From: a virus
DNA: 45,164 nt
Reading direction: 5' to 3' (one strand)
IMG/VR virus record: IMGVR_UViG_3300033059_000110
Location: 1 to 45,164 of that record
Part shown: positions 19,854 through 26,546 of the stretch, in pieces
How positions within the stretch are numbered: position 1 is the stretch's first letter
Layout of the letters: every line of letters begins with the position of its first letter
Translations under genes and position numbers: made by a program
The notes under the pieces: generated by a model
What the model was told of the DNA's origin: nothing
Seen by the model: the letters and a program-made list of their open reading frames with translations, nothing else
Databases searched by the model: none

Positions 19854-20747
19854 ATGAAGCCAATTACTTTAGTTGAAGCCAATATGAATAGGGCGATTGC
19901 GATTGCCGCTATCCTTGCCCCCCGTATTTTAAAGCCGTGGCCGGGAAAAAAACCTGAACAAAAAGGGTATGAAGACAATCCGTGGAGAGGTTATAAGCCC
20001 GAAGAAGGCTTAGTCGGTCATTATACCAGTTATAACACCCTTACTTACGAAAGGCCGTCAAATCGCCATGCAAAGCTAGTTATGGGCTTTCTCTCAATGA
20101 AAGACATAAAACAGAAGGAAATAAGCGACTCTATTGTTTTGAGCGAAAACATTATTGAGAAATATGTGGACGAATATCACTTTAAAAAAGCCATTAAATA
20201 CTCTGAAACCATTGAGCATACTTTTTCAAAAACTGTTTCTTTTTCAGAGGCCGCTAAACAGGCTTGGGAAGTGGCCGCAAAGGTGGCTTTTTCTGCTGAA
20301 TATGCAGGAATAAAAGGCTCTGTGGAGGCATCGGCGAAGTATGGGCAGGAGCTATCTCAAAGCCGTTCAGAGTCCGAAACTCAAACGGATAAAGTATCCA
20401 AAACGATTGAGATTCAAGGGCCTGTGGATATTAAATATGAGGCTGTAAGGTCTTCTTCAAAAATCCGTCAGATTATTAAAGCTGTTTGTGATTTTGATTT
20501 TAAGCTATATTTCCAATGTCCTGACCCCAAAACAGGACTAGGAGCTTTTGAATGGAGCATGTTTCATTCAAGTTTTCTTCCTCTTGCTTCCGGTTTTGCT
20601 CCTGAAACTGAGAATGCTTTTTATCTTTTTGATAAAGATTTGCCTTCTGATGAAGAAATTAAAGCTATAACCGATCCCTCTGATAAAATTGTCGAGTTTG
20701 TTGTCGATTACGACAATATCAACAGCCAGAAAATAAATGCTCTTTAA
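19854..20747 (+). CDS. Hypothetical protein, possible beta-pore-forming (aerolysin/ETX-MTX2-like) protein
   Basis: 297 aa. The central segment HTFSKTVSFSE..AWEVAAKVAFSAEYAGIKGSVEASAKYGQELSQSRSESETQTDKVSKTIEI has alternating polar/apolar residues flanked by S/T-rich strands. Confidence 0.3.
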   Translation: MKPITLVEANMNRAIAIAAILAPRILKPWPGKKPEQKGYEDNPWRGYKPEEGLVGHYTSYNTLTYERPSNRHAKLVMGFLSMKDIKQKEISDSIVLSENIIEKYVDEYHFKKAIKYSETIEHTFSKTVSFSEAAKQAWEVAAKVAFSAEYAGIKGSVEASAKYGQELSQSRSESETQTDKVSKTIEIQGPVDIKYEAVRSSSKIRQIIKAVCDFDFKLYFQCPDPKTGLGAFEWSMFHSSFLPLASGFAPETENAFYLFDKDLPSDEEIKAITDPSDKIVEFVVDYDNINSQKINAL

Positions 20748-20752
20748 AAATA

Positions 20753-21019
20753 ATGATTGAAATTGTCCCCCATCTTTCAATTTCTATAGCATCAGCCTTG
20801 ATATTTGCTGGAGGTTTTTTTGTCTGGACAAAAGTCGAGGTAGCGAAAATAAAAAAGGACCTCTATTATCACAAGGAAATTTACGATCGGGATCGTGGGA
20901 AAATGGCAAAAAGCTTTGAGCGGGTTTATTCTGAATTGCATAAGATGTCTGTTTGTCAGGGAGAAATGAAGTCTGACTTAAAGCTGATAAAATTTCAGGT
21001 TCAAAACAACCACAAATAA
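20753..21019 (+). CDS. Single-pass membrane protein, holin candidate
   Basis: 88 aa. N-terminal TM segment LSISIASALIFAGGFFVW followed by a charged tail. Lies in the late accessory/lysis region. Confidence 0.35.
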   Translation: MIEIVPHLSISIASALIFAGGFFVWTKVEVAKIKKDLYYHKEIYDRDRGKMAKSFERVYSELHKMSVCQGEMKSDLKLIKFQVQNNHK

Positions 21020-21023
21020 CGCA

Positions 21024-21245
21024 GTGCATTTTCTGATATATCCATTTAAATTACTTTGGCAATGGGTAATGGATTTTGTAAAAAGAAAGAAGCAGTTCAC
21101 CTATAAGGAATGGGTTCAGAAAGGGGGATTGCTGGATAAATTAAGGGAAAAGCCAGTGCCTAAAAAGTTTTCAACGGGAAGTGTTGACATTATTTTCGAG
21201 TATGATAATAAGGAAAAAGAAGTTCAGGAGAATTTAAATGATTGA
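21024..21245 (+). CDS. Hypothetical protein (start uncertain: GTG 21024 or ATG 21069)
   Basis: ORF only. Basic N-terminus. Confidence 0.35.
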   Translation: MHFLIYPFKLLWQWVMDFVKRKKQFTYKEWVQKGGLLDKLREKPVPKKFSTGSVDIIFEYDNKEKEVQENLND

Positions 21246-21408
21246 ATTTTATCCAGTCAAAAAGAAATGGCGCTGGCGAGTACGCGCCAAGAACAATAAA
21301 ATCCTGGGGGCTTCCAGTGAGAGTTTTTTTTCAAAATGGAACGCTCAGAAAAATCTTCAGTCTTTTTATCTGGCTCTTAAAAAAGAATTAAAGAAAAAGT
21401 ATGATTAG
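21238..21408 (+). CDS. DUF1508/YegP-domain small protein (56 aa), missed by the ORF track
   Basis: MIEFYPVKKKWRWRVRAKNNKILGASSESFFSKWNAQKNLQSF matches the YegP consensus (f.iy.d..g.wrwrl.a.Ng.il..Sse.y.sk..a...i..v). Its stop overlaps the next ATG (ATGATTAG). Confidence 0.65.
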   Translation: MIEFYPVKKKWRWRVRAKNNKILGASSESFFSKWNAQKNLQSFYLALKKELKKKYD

Positions 21409-21736
21409 CTGGTTTTTCGCTCTTCCTAAAATCATCAAAAGAATATCCTCCGGCGCTGTTGTTTTAATTATTCTTTCTTTATACTTAAATCATCAATGTA
21501 AGGAGGTCCGGGATGCCAAGCAAAAAAAAGAAAAACAAGAAAAAGTCCACGAAAAAAGGCAAAAAGTCACCAAAGAAAAAGTAAATGTTTACAACGAAAA
21601 CGAAAAGGAAAAGAAAGCTGTTATTGAAGAAGTGAAGGATAAGTTTGACGAAACTGCAGAGCCTCCGACTGCTGAAGAGTTAAAGAAAGTAAGAAAAAAG
21701 GTCGGGGATGATTTTAAATATGGATTGCCTCAATGA
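21401..21736 (+). CDS. Type-II membrane protein with charged coiled-coil ectodomain (i-spanin-like)
   Basis: 111 aa. TM segment GAVVLIILSLYL followed by a K/E-rich helix. ATGA overlap with the downstream lipoprotein gene. Confidence 0.4.
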   Translation: MISWFFALPKIIKRISSGAVVLIILSLYLNHQCKEVRDAKQKKEKQEKVHEKRQKVTKEKVNVYNENEKEKKAVIEEVKDKFDETAEPPTAEELKKVRKKVGDDFKYGLPQ

Positions 21737-22200
21737 ATGAAGATTTTTTTGGAAAACCATTACTTTTGTTAATTGCTCTTATTGTGCTAGGAGTTTTATT
21801 TCTTCCTTCCTGTGGGGGAATGAAAACCACTGACTTTGTTCAGGAAACCCCCGGAGGCAATGTTTTTGTCCCTCATATTTTGGACCAGGAAAATCTTATA
21901 ACCTGCAAGACAGTCGCTTATTGTGTGTACAAGGATAATGAGTGGGAAGAGTGTCGGCCCAGGCTGGAAGCGAAAAAGGTTCATTTGGAAAAAATGTGCC
22001 TTGACCTTGGAAGAGACGACGACCCTTTTCCTATCCCCATGGATGTATGGAAAGCAGATCACGCTCAGGATTTTGGAGAGTATCGGAATGAAGATATTTT
22101 TAAAATCCTGGAGAACAGAAAATATGTTATGGAACACACGCCTCTTTATAAAGACAAAATTCCCGACATGGTGGAAAAATTTAAACAATTTCATCAATGA
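21733..22200 (+). CDS. Cys-rich lipoprotein (o-spanin-like by position, but long)
   Basis: Signal peptide LLLLIALIVLGVLFLPSC with a lipobox-like LPSC. 155 aa with four further Cys. Confidence 0.35.
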   Translation: MNEDFFGKPLLLLIALIVLGVLFLPSCGGMKTTDFVQETPGGNVFVPHILDQENLITCKTVAYCVYKDNEWEECRPRLEAKKVHLEKMCLDLGRDDDPFPIPMDVWKADHAQDFGEYRNEDIFKILENRKYVMEHTPLYKDKIPDMVEKFKQFHQ

Positions 22201-23054
22201 TAAAATTACTTCTTTTATCCACTTTAGTCTTTGCTAATGCTGTTGAAAAAGCAAAAAACTTTCACAAAGGCCCTAGAATTATTGATGGGCCTGACATTCC
22301 TGTAATGCGGGCTCCTGAGCCTCCCGAGAACAAAGCACAGCCTCCTTCGCCATCCCCAAGTGAGAAGGAAGTTGTTTCTCAGGAGGTTCAGGAGCCTGAG
22401 CCGGAAATAGAAATTAAATATATAACCCCTCCTCCCCAGCCTATCGTACCTCTTCTTTTGCAAAAAATTTATTATCCCCTTCATAGCACCCCGGAGAGTT
22501 TATCCAGCCTCAGTTACGGGTATCATGAAGGAATTCATTATGTGATTCCACGAATTCAGTTTCATATGGGGCAATATAAGTTCCTGGAAGATATTCTGCC
22601 GGATTTAAAAACATATCTTGTCTTGCAACCACGGCTTAATTTTGGCTTTATTTATACCTCTACAAAACAGATGTCTTACTATGTATCCACTGACAATCGC
22701 TTCAGTATGGGGCAGTATGGCGTGGGATTTAAGGTTTTAATTGAAGGGACAGAAATAGATTTTAAAAAGACGGATTTTAATGGAATGTTATCCTCCTATG
22801 TTTATAAAAATATGAATGTGGGAGAAGCGGGCAAAATGTCTATTTATCTGGGCTTTCATAGTGAGAGGCTTACCTTAAAGGGAGAGCCTTATAAGTATGC
22901 AAAGGCAGCTAAAGAGCTGCTTTTTAACTCAGAAAATGCAGTGGCTGGCCTTTGGTATCAGCCGAATGTCCTGGCTCCTTCAAGATTAAGTTATTCATTT
23001 GAAACCAATGCGCAAAATTTTGTATCTTTATCAGTATATTATGGGCTAAATTAA
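22197..23054 (+). CDS. Secreted protein with Pro-rich linker and beta-rich C-terminal domain (possible outer-membrane barrel)
   Basis: Signal peptide MIKLLLLSTLVFANA|VE. Linker PEPPENKAQPPSPSPSEKE...PEPEIEIKYITPPPQP. Alternating-pattern C-terminal ~190 aa. Confidence 0.4.
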   Translation: MIKLLLLSTLVFANAVEKAKNFHKGPRIIDGPDIPVMRAPEPPENKAQPPSPSPSEKEVVSQEVQEPEPEIEIKYITPPPQPIVPLLLQKIYYPLHSTPESLSSLSYGYHEGIHYVIPRIQFHMGQYKFLEDILPDLKTYLVLQPRLNFGFIYTSTKQMSYYVSTDNRFSMGQYGVGFKVLIEGTEIDFKKTDFNGMLSSYVYKNMNVGEAGKMSIYLGFHSERLTLKGEPYKYAKAAKELLFNSENAVAGLWYQPNVLAPSRLSYSFETNAQNFVSLSVYYGLN

Positions 23055-23059
23055 TAGCT

Positions 23060-23260
23060 ATGGAATTTGTTTTAAAGTACAAAAATGGTCAAGAGGGGGT
23101 TTTTAAGCTTTCTTTAACTAAGGGAGGCCCGCCTGACAAAAAAAGGCTTATTAATTTGATAAGAAATTTGCAAGACGACAAGTATGATATAACTGAAGAC
23201 ATAAAACAGGACGGAATTAAAACTTTAAGTCAAATAGCAAAAGACAATAATTATGTTTAA
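23060..23260 (+). CDS. Hypothetical protein (66 aa)
   Basis: ORF only. Overlaps the endolysin start. Confidence 0.4.
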   Translation: MEFVLKYKNGQEGVFKLSLTKGGPPDKKRLINLIRNLQDDKYDITEDIKQDGIKTLSQIAKDNNYV

Positions 23261-23705
23261 GTTATCTGAAAGAAGTAGATCGGAATTAGTCGGAGTAAAA
23301 GCTGAGCTTATCGCTTGTGTAGAGTATGCAATTCAACATTCAAAAGTTGATTTTTTTGTTGATGAAGGGGTGAGAACCCTTGAAGAGCAAAAAAGAAAGT
23401 TGGCAGAAAACAGAACCAAGACATTAAAATCAAAGCATTTAACAGGGGATGCCGTTGACCTGGTGGCCCTTATAAGAAATAAAGCCTGCTGGGAAATTGC
23501 AGTTTATGAAAAAATCGCAGATGCCATGAAACAGGCGGCAATTTATCATAACATTAAAATGCGCTGGGGAGGAGCTTGGGTGATAAAAGACATGAAAACC
23601 TGGGAAGGAACAATGAGAGAGGCGCATTTGACTTATATTGGTGTTAGAAGGCGTGAAGGGCGTACGCCTTTTGTGGATGGGCCACATTTTGAATTAATGT
23701 CATAA
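23253..23705 (+). CDS. Endolysin, peptidase M15 family (VanY / L-Ala-D-Glu peptidase-like)
   Basis: Motifs EGVRTLEEQ, SKHLTGDAVDL (SxHxxGxAxD) and DGPHFEL are typical of M15 zinc D,D-/L,D-peptidases. Confidence 0.8.
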   Translation: MFKLSERSRSELVGVKAELIACVEYAIQHSKVDFFVDEGVRTLEEQKRKLAENRTKTLKSKHLTGDAVDLVALIRNKACWEIAVYEKIADAMKQAAIYHNIKMRWGGAWVIKDMKTWEGTMREAHLTYIGVRRREGRTPFVDGPHFELMS

Positions 23706-23719
23706 AAGGGGAGGTAATT

Positions 23720-24115
23720 ATGAAAAAAATTCTAATTCTATTATCATTTTTAATGCTGGCGGGATGTTGGAATGCCTGGGCGAAAAATATCCCGGACGAA
23801 GTGTTTCAGGATGACACTTATTTAATGGACATTTTAAACGAAATACAGGGGTTGGATAAAGAGCCTCTTGATTTTGATGATGATGAGTTCCCCTTTCCTA
23901 TAGCTCAGGTAGAGCCTTCAGAGGAAACTATTGATGAGCATTTTGCCTGTATTTTTATTAGATATGAGAAATGTGCTCATGATGGGAAAATTTGTTTAAT
24001 GAATATAAAAGAAGCAAAAAAAGAGCTTTTAATTGCCTGTTTTGACATGCAATTAAATTGCATGATAAAAGCTAAAGAAACTTGTCAGGAAAAGCATCCT
24101 GTCGAGGTCATTTAA
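23720..24115 (+). CDS. Cys-rich lipoprotein
   Basis: GGGGAGG SD. Signal peptide MKKILILLSFLMLAGC (lipobox LAGC). Acidic linker followed by a Cys-rich C-terminus. Confidence 0.6.
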   Translation: MKKILILLSFLMLAGCWNAWAKNIPDEVFQDDTYLMDILNEIQGLDKEPLDFDDDEFPFPIAQVEPSEETIDEHFACIFIRYEKCAHDGKICLMNIKEAKKELLIACFDMQLNCMIKAKETCQEKHPVEVI

Positions 24116-24141
24116 CTAACTTTTAACAAGGAGAACTAAAA

Positions 24142-24438
24142 ATGGAAAAACAACCACAAGCGCCTGAAGCGCAACCACAAGCGCCTGAAGCGCAACCACA
24201 AGCGCCTGAAGCGCAACCAACAGATAAGCAATGGAAACCTAAAGCGGAAACTTTGTTTAGTTTTTCATGCGAAAAAATCCCTGCTGAAAATTTGAAAGAA
24301 ATAAACAAAGAGCTGGAATCTGCGAAAAACTACCACGAAGCAGGGACAGTCATCAAAAACAAAGGAATTTCCCAGCAGCTTGTTTATTCCGTTGTCTCAA
24401 AAGACGGAAAACTTTCTGTTGCCCTTGCTTCTTTTTAA
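24142..24438 (+). CDS. Hypothetical protein with N-terminal QPQAPEA repeats
   Basis: AAGGAGA SD. 3.4 copies of a 21-nt in-frame repeat. Confidence 0.5.
   Translation: MEKQPQAPEAQPQAPEAQPQAPEAQPTDKQWKPKAETLFSFSCEKIPAENLKEINKELESAKNYHEAGTVIKNKGISQQLVYSVVSKDGKLSVALASF
24151..24220. repeat. Coding tandem repeat, 21-nt unit caaccacaagcgcctgaagcg x3 plus a partial copy
   Basis: Perfect copies at 24151-24171, 24172-24192 and 24193-24213. Confidence 0.9.
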
Positions 24439-24704
24439 TGGCAAACAGCGTTTTTCATTTTATTTCAGGGAGAAAGGATCAAATAATTCTTTCTCTCTGT
24501 AAAAAATACCCAAGCCTTACGATAGCCAAGGCTGAATTGATTTTATTTAAATCATTGGGCTTGTCGTTTGCGGAGATTCAAGATATAACGAAAAACTGTG
24601 TCAATGAAAAAACCTTCCAAAATTATATCAGAGAGTTTAATCTTCTCACAGGAAACCTTGGAGTAAAGAAAACCACCCTTTTAAAATTTATACCAATGCC
24701 ATGA
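24438..24704 (+). CDS. Possible LuxR/GerE-type HTH protein
   Basis: LTIAKAELILFKSLGLSFAEIQDIT...TFQNYI resembles the GerE pattern LTpRE.eVL.L.a.GlsnkEIA..L.iS..TV..H. Confidence 0.35.
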   Translation: MANSVFHFISGRKDQIILSLCKKYPSLTIAKAELILFKSLGLSFAEIQDITKNCVNEKTFQNYIREFNLLTGNLGVKKTTLLKFIPMP

Positions 24705-25003
24705 GTCCAGATTTTAAAGCCATAAAAAAAGATATTCTGAAGGAAATTGAAAAGTTTGTTTTGGAATTAACCAAAATCATCCCCAAGGATAAGCTTCAGA
24801 ATGAGGAAATGTTTCTTTATTTTGAGCTTATCTGTCAGCTTGTAGGGTTACATTTAAAAGAAGTCTATGAAAAAGAGCGCTTTGAGCTTTTAAGAAGACA
24901 AACTAAAATCCAGGAAGAAAAAGACGCAAACGGCATCCTTGCCGCCCTGGAAAACCCGTCAGCCCTTTTGCAAAAGGGGCCTCCTGGGAAAAAAATTCAT
25001 TAA
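24701..25003 (+). CDS. Hypothetical protein (100 aa), last gene of the rightward arm
   Basis: ORF with ATGA overlap to the upstream gene. Its stop overlaps the stop of the convergent gene. Confidence 0.45.
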   Translation: MSPDFKAIKKDILKEIEKFVLELTKIIPKDKLQNEEMFLYFELICQLVGLHLKEVYEKERFELLRRQTKIQEEKDANGILAALENPSALLQKGPPGKKIH

Positions 25004-25581
25004 ACTACAGTTTGTCTTTTGCGGGACGAAAGTCCGGCGTTAATATCCAGGAAATTTAAATCAGCCATCAGATTGCCTTTAGTGGGCTTTTCTGAGCTGA
25101 TAAAAAACTCCATATAAGGAATGGGGGAGGGACAAATAAGACTGTCTTTTACTATGAAATGAAGGTGAAAGGGGTATATATCCTGCGCATAGCTTTCAAT
25201 CACATTATAAAACACCATATAGAAATGCACAATCCAGGCGCGGGGCAGGTCTCCCACCCATTTAACTGTCTTAAAGTATTTTCCCGGGTCAATATCGATC
25301 TGAAAGTAAATTCTTCCATGAGGGGTCCAGAGGTCTTGTCCGTCCGGGGTTCCGGGGTTGGATTGTATGGCACACCAGCCTTTGAGAACATCAATTTTTT
25401 TCACTCCGTCAATGACTCCGGTCATTAGGCTCCAGAGGTGTCCCAAGGCTGGCAATTGAATTCCATAGCTCTGCAATTGGTATGGGTTAATAATTCGGGG
25501 CGGTGGATTTTTGCCGATCATTCTTTCGGAATGTTCCAGGTCAACATCCTTGTTTCCAAAAAGTTTTAATTTTTTACTCAT
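25000..25581 (-). CDS. Hypothetical protein (193 aa), last gene of the leftward arm
   Basis: ORF only. No motif recognised. Confidence 0.5.
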   Translation of the reverse strand: MSKKLKLFGNKDVDLEHSERMIGKNPPPRIINPYQLQSYGIQLPALGHLWSLMTGVIDGVKKIDVLKGWCAIQSNPGTPDGQDLWTPHGRIYFQIDIDPGKYFKTVKWVGDLPRAWIVHFYMVFYNVIESYAQDIYPFHLHFIVKDSLICPSPIPYMEFFISSEKPTKGNLMADLNFLDINAGLSSRKRQTVV

Positions 25582-25585
25582 TTAC

Positions 25586-25802
25586 TCATTCCAAGCCTTG
25601 CTTAAGATTTCTGATAAGTTTGTCTATTAACCTTGAGATTTCCTTTTCTGCTCTTATTTTCCACTCAGCCCCATCCTCATTGGTCCAATTATGCTGAACA
25701 GATTTTTTTAATTCAGAGTGAAGGTTATCTAAAGTTATTTCAAGGGTTTCTCAGAACGTCTATCGCTTCTTCAACTTTTTCTAATACATTTTGTTTATTC
25801 AT
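25586..25802 (-). CDS. Small helical protein whose reading frame is interrupted (needs a +1 frame change at 25740-25750)
   Basis: The ATG at 25802-25800 overlaps the upstream stop (ATGA). It opens a 20-codon ORF ending at TGA 25742-25740. The +1 frame is open from 25750 to TGA 25588-25586 (54 codons) with no ATG/GTG start anywhere and only a TTG two codons before its stop. Confidence 0.4.
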
Positions 25803-26119
25803 TCAGTTCCTCCAAGAGACAAAATCTTAACCATATTATCAAGCGTATAATCGGCGGGGTAAAGAACAAAAACACTAAACCCTTTTTTTCTTAATTCTTC
25901 TATTTTTCTCTCTTGTGTTTTGCGAAGTTTTTTGCCAGGCATTTTAAGCTCTATAGCATAAAAACTTCCCCATAAAGCAAAAATTACATCCGGCCAACCT
26001 GGCTCCTGGCTGCTTTCAATTTTAGGGAGAAGAACCAAGTCTTCGCGGGTTCTGAGTAACCGACGGACTTCTCTTTCAAACTGTTTTTCGTTTTTAAACC
26101 TGTTTTTCCAACGGCTCAT
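25799..26119 (-). CDS. VRR-NUC domain nuclease
   Basis: GWPDVIFALWGSFYAIELKMPGKKLRKTQ fits the PD-(D/E)xK core of VRR-NUC (PD...ExK). 106 aa. Confidence 0.65.
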   Translation of the reverse strand: MSRWKNRFKNEKQFEREVRRLLRTREDLVLLPKIESSQEPGWPDVIFALWGSFYAIELKMPGKKLRKTQERKIEELRKKGFSVFVLYPADYTLDNMVKILSLGGTE

Positions 26120-26415
26120 TTTATTTCATTTCCTTTTTCGTCTCTATAAATAGGCTGACTTCCCATATCCCATTGTATGCCGTAAACTGTTTTTCCTTTA
26201 TATTTAAACTGTTGCTTGTGTACATTTTCAGTGATTTCCACAGAGTCTTCCAGCTCATTAAGTTTATCTAAAACTTTCTGTAAATACTTTATTGTGTTTT
26301 CTGTAGAAAATTTTATATTTGATATTTTGATTTTGATATTTTTAAAACTCATTTCTTTATATTTCCCTTTCAACCAAAAGACATATTTTGTAATATTTTT
26401 TCCATGCCTTATCAA
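26116..26415 (-). CDS. Hypothetical protein (99 aa)
   Basis: ORF with ATGA overlap to the downstream gene. Confidence 0.45.
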   Translation of the reverse strand: MIRHGKNITKYVFWLKGKYKEMSFKNIKIKISNIKFSTENTIKYLQKVLDKLNELEDSVEITENVHKQQFKYKGKTVYGIQWDMGSQPIYRDEKGNEIK

Positions 26416-26426
26416 GTCTTTTTCTT

Positions 26427-26546
26427 TTATCTATATATTTTAAAAACTCTTTCCAATTCTTGACTTGCTTTAAAATAATCCTCGTCAGCTCCGTCAAGTT
26501 CAATTGTTGCCTTTAGCCTTCTTTCTTTTATTTTTTTATAATTCAT
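26427..26546 (-). CDS. Small ORF (39 aa) translationally coupled to the polymerase gene
   Basis: MNYKKIKERRLKATIELDGADEDYFKASQELERVFKIYR. Its ATG at 26546-26544 overlaps the polymerase TGA at 26545-26543. It fills an otherwise empty 127-nt gap. Confidence 0.4.
   Translation of the reverse strand: MNYKKIKERRLKATIELDGADEDYFKASQELERVFKIYR

Noticed and set aside
25000-25003. Convergent genes whose stop codons overlap (TTAA) with no terminator between the two arms
   Set aside because: The overlap is real in the sequence but is a common compact-genome arrangement. No hairpin or other signal was found to build a hypothesis on.
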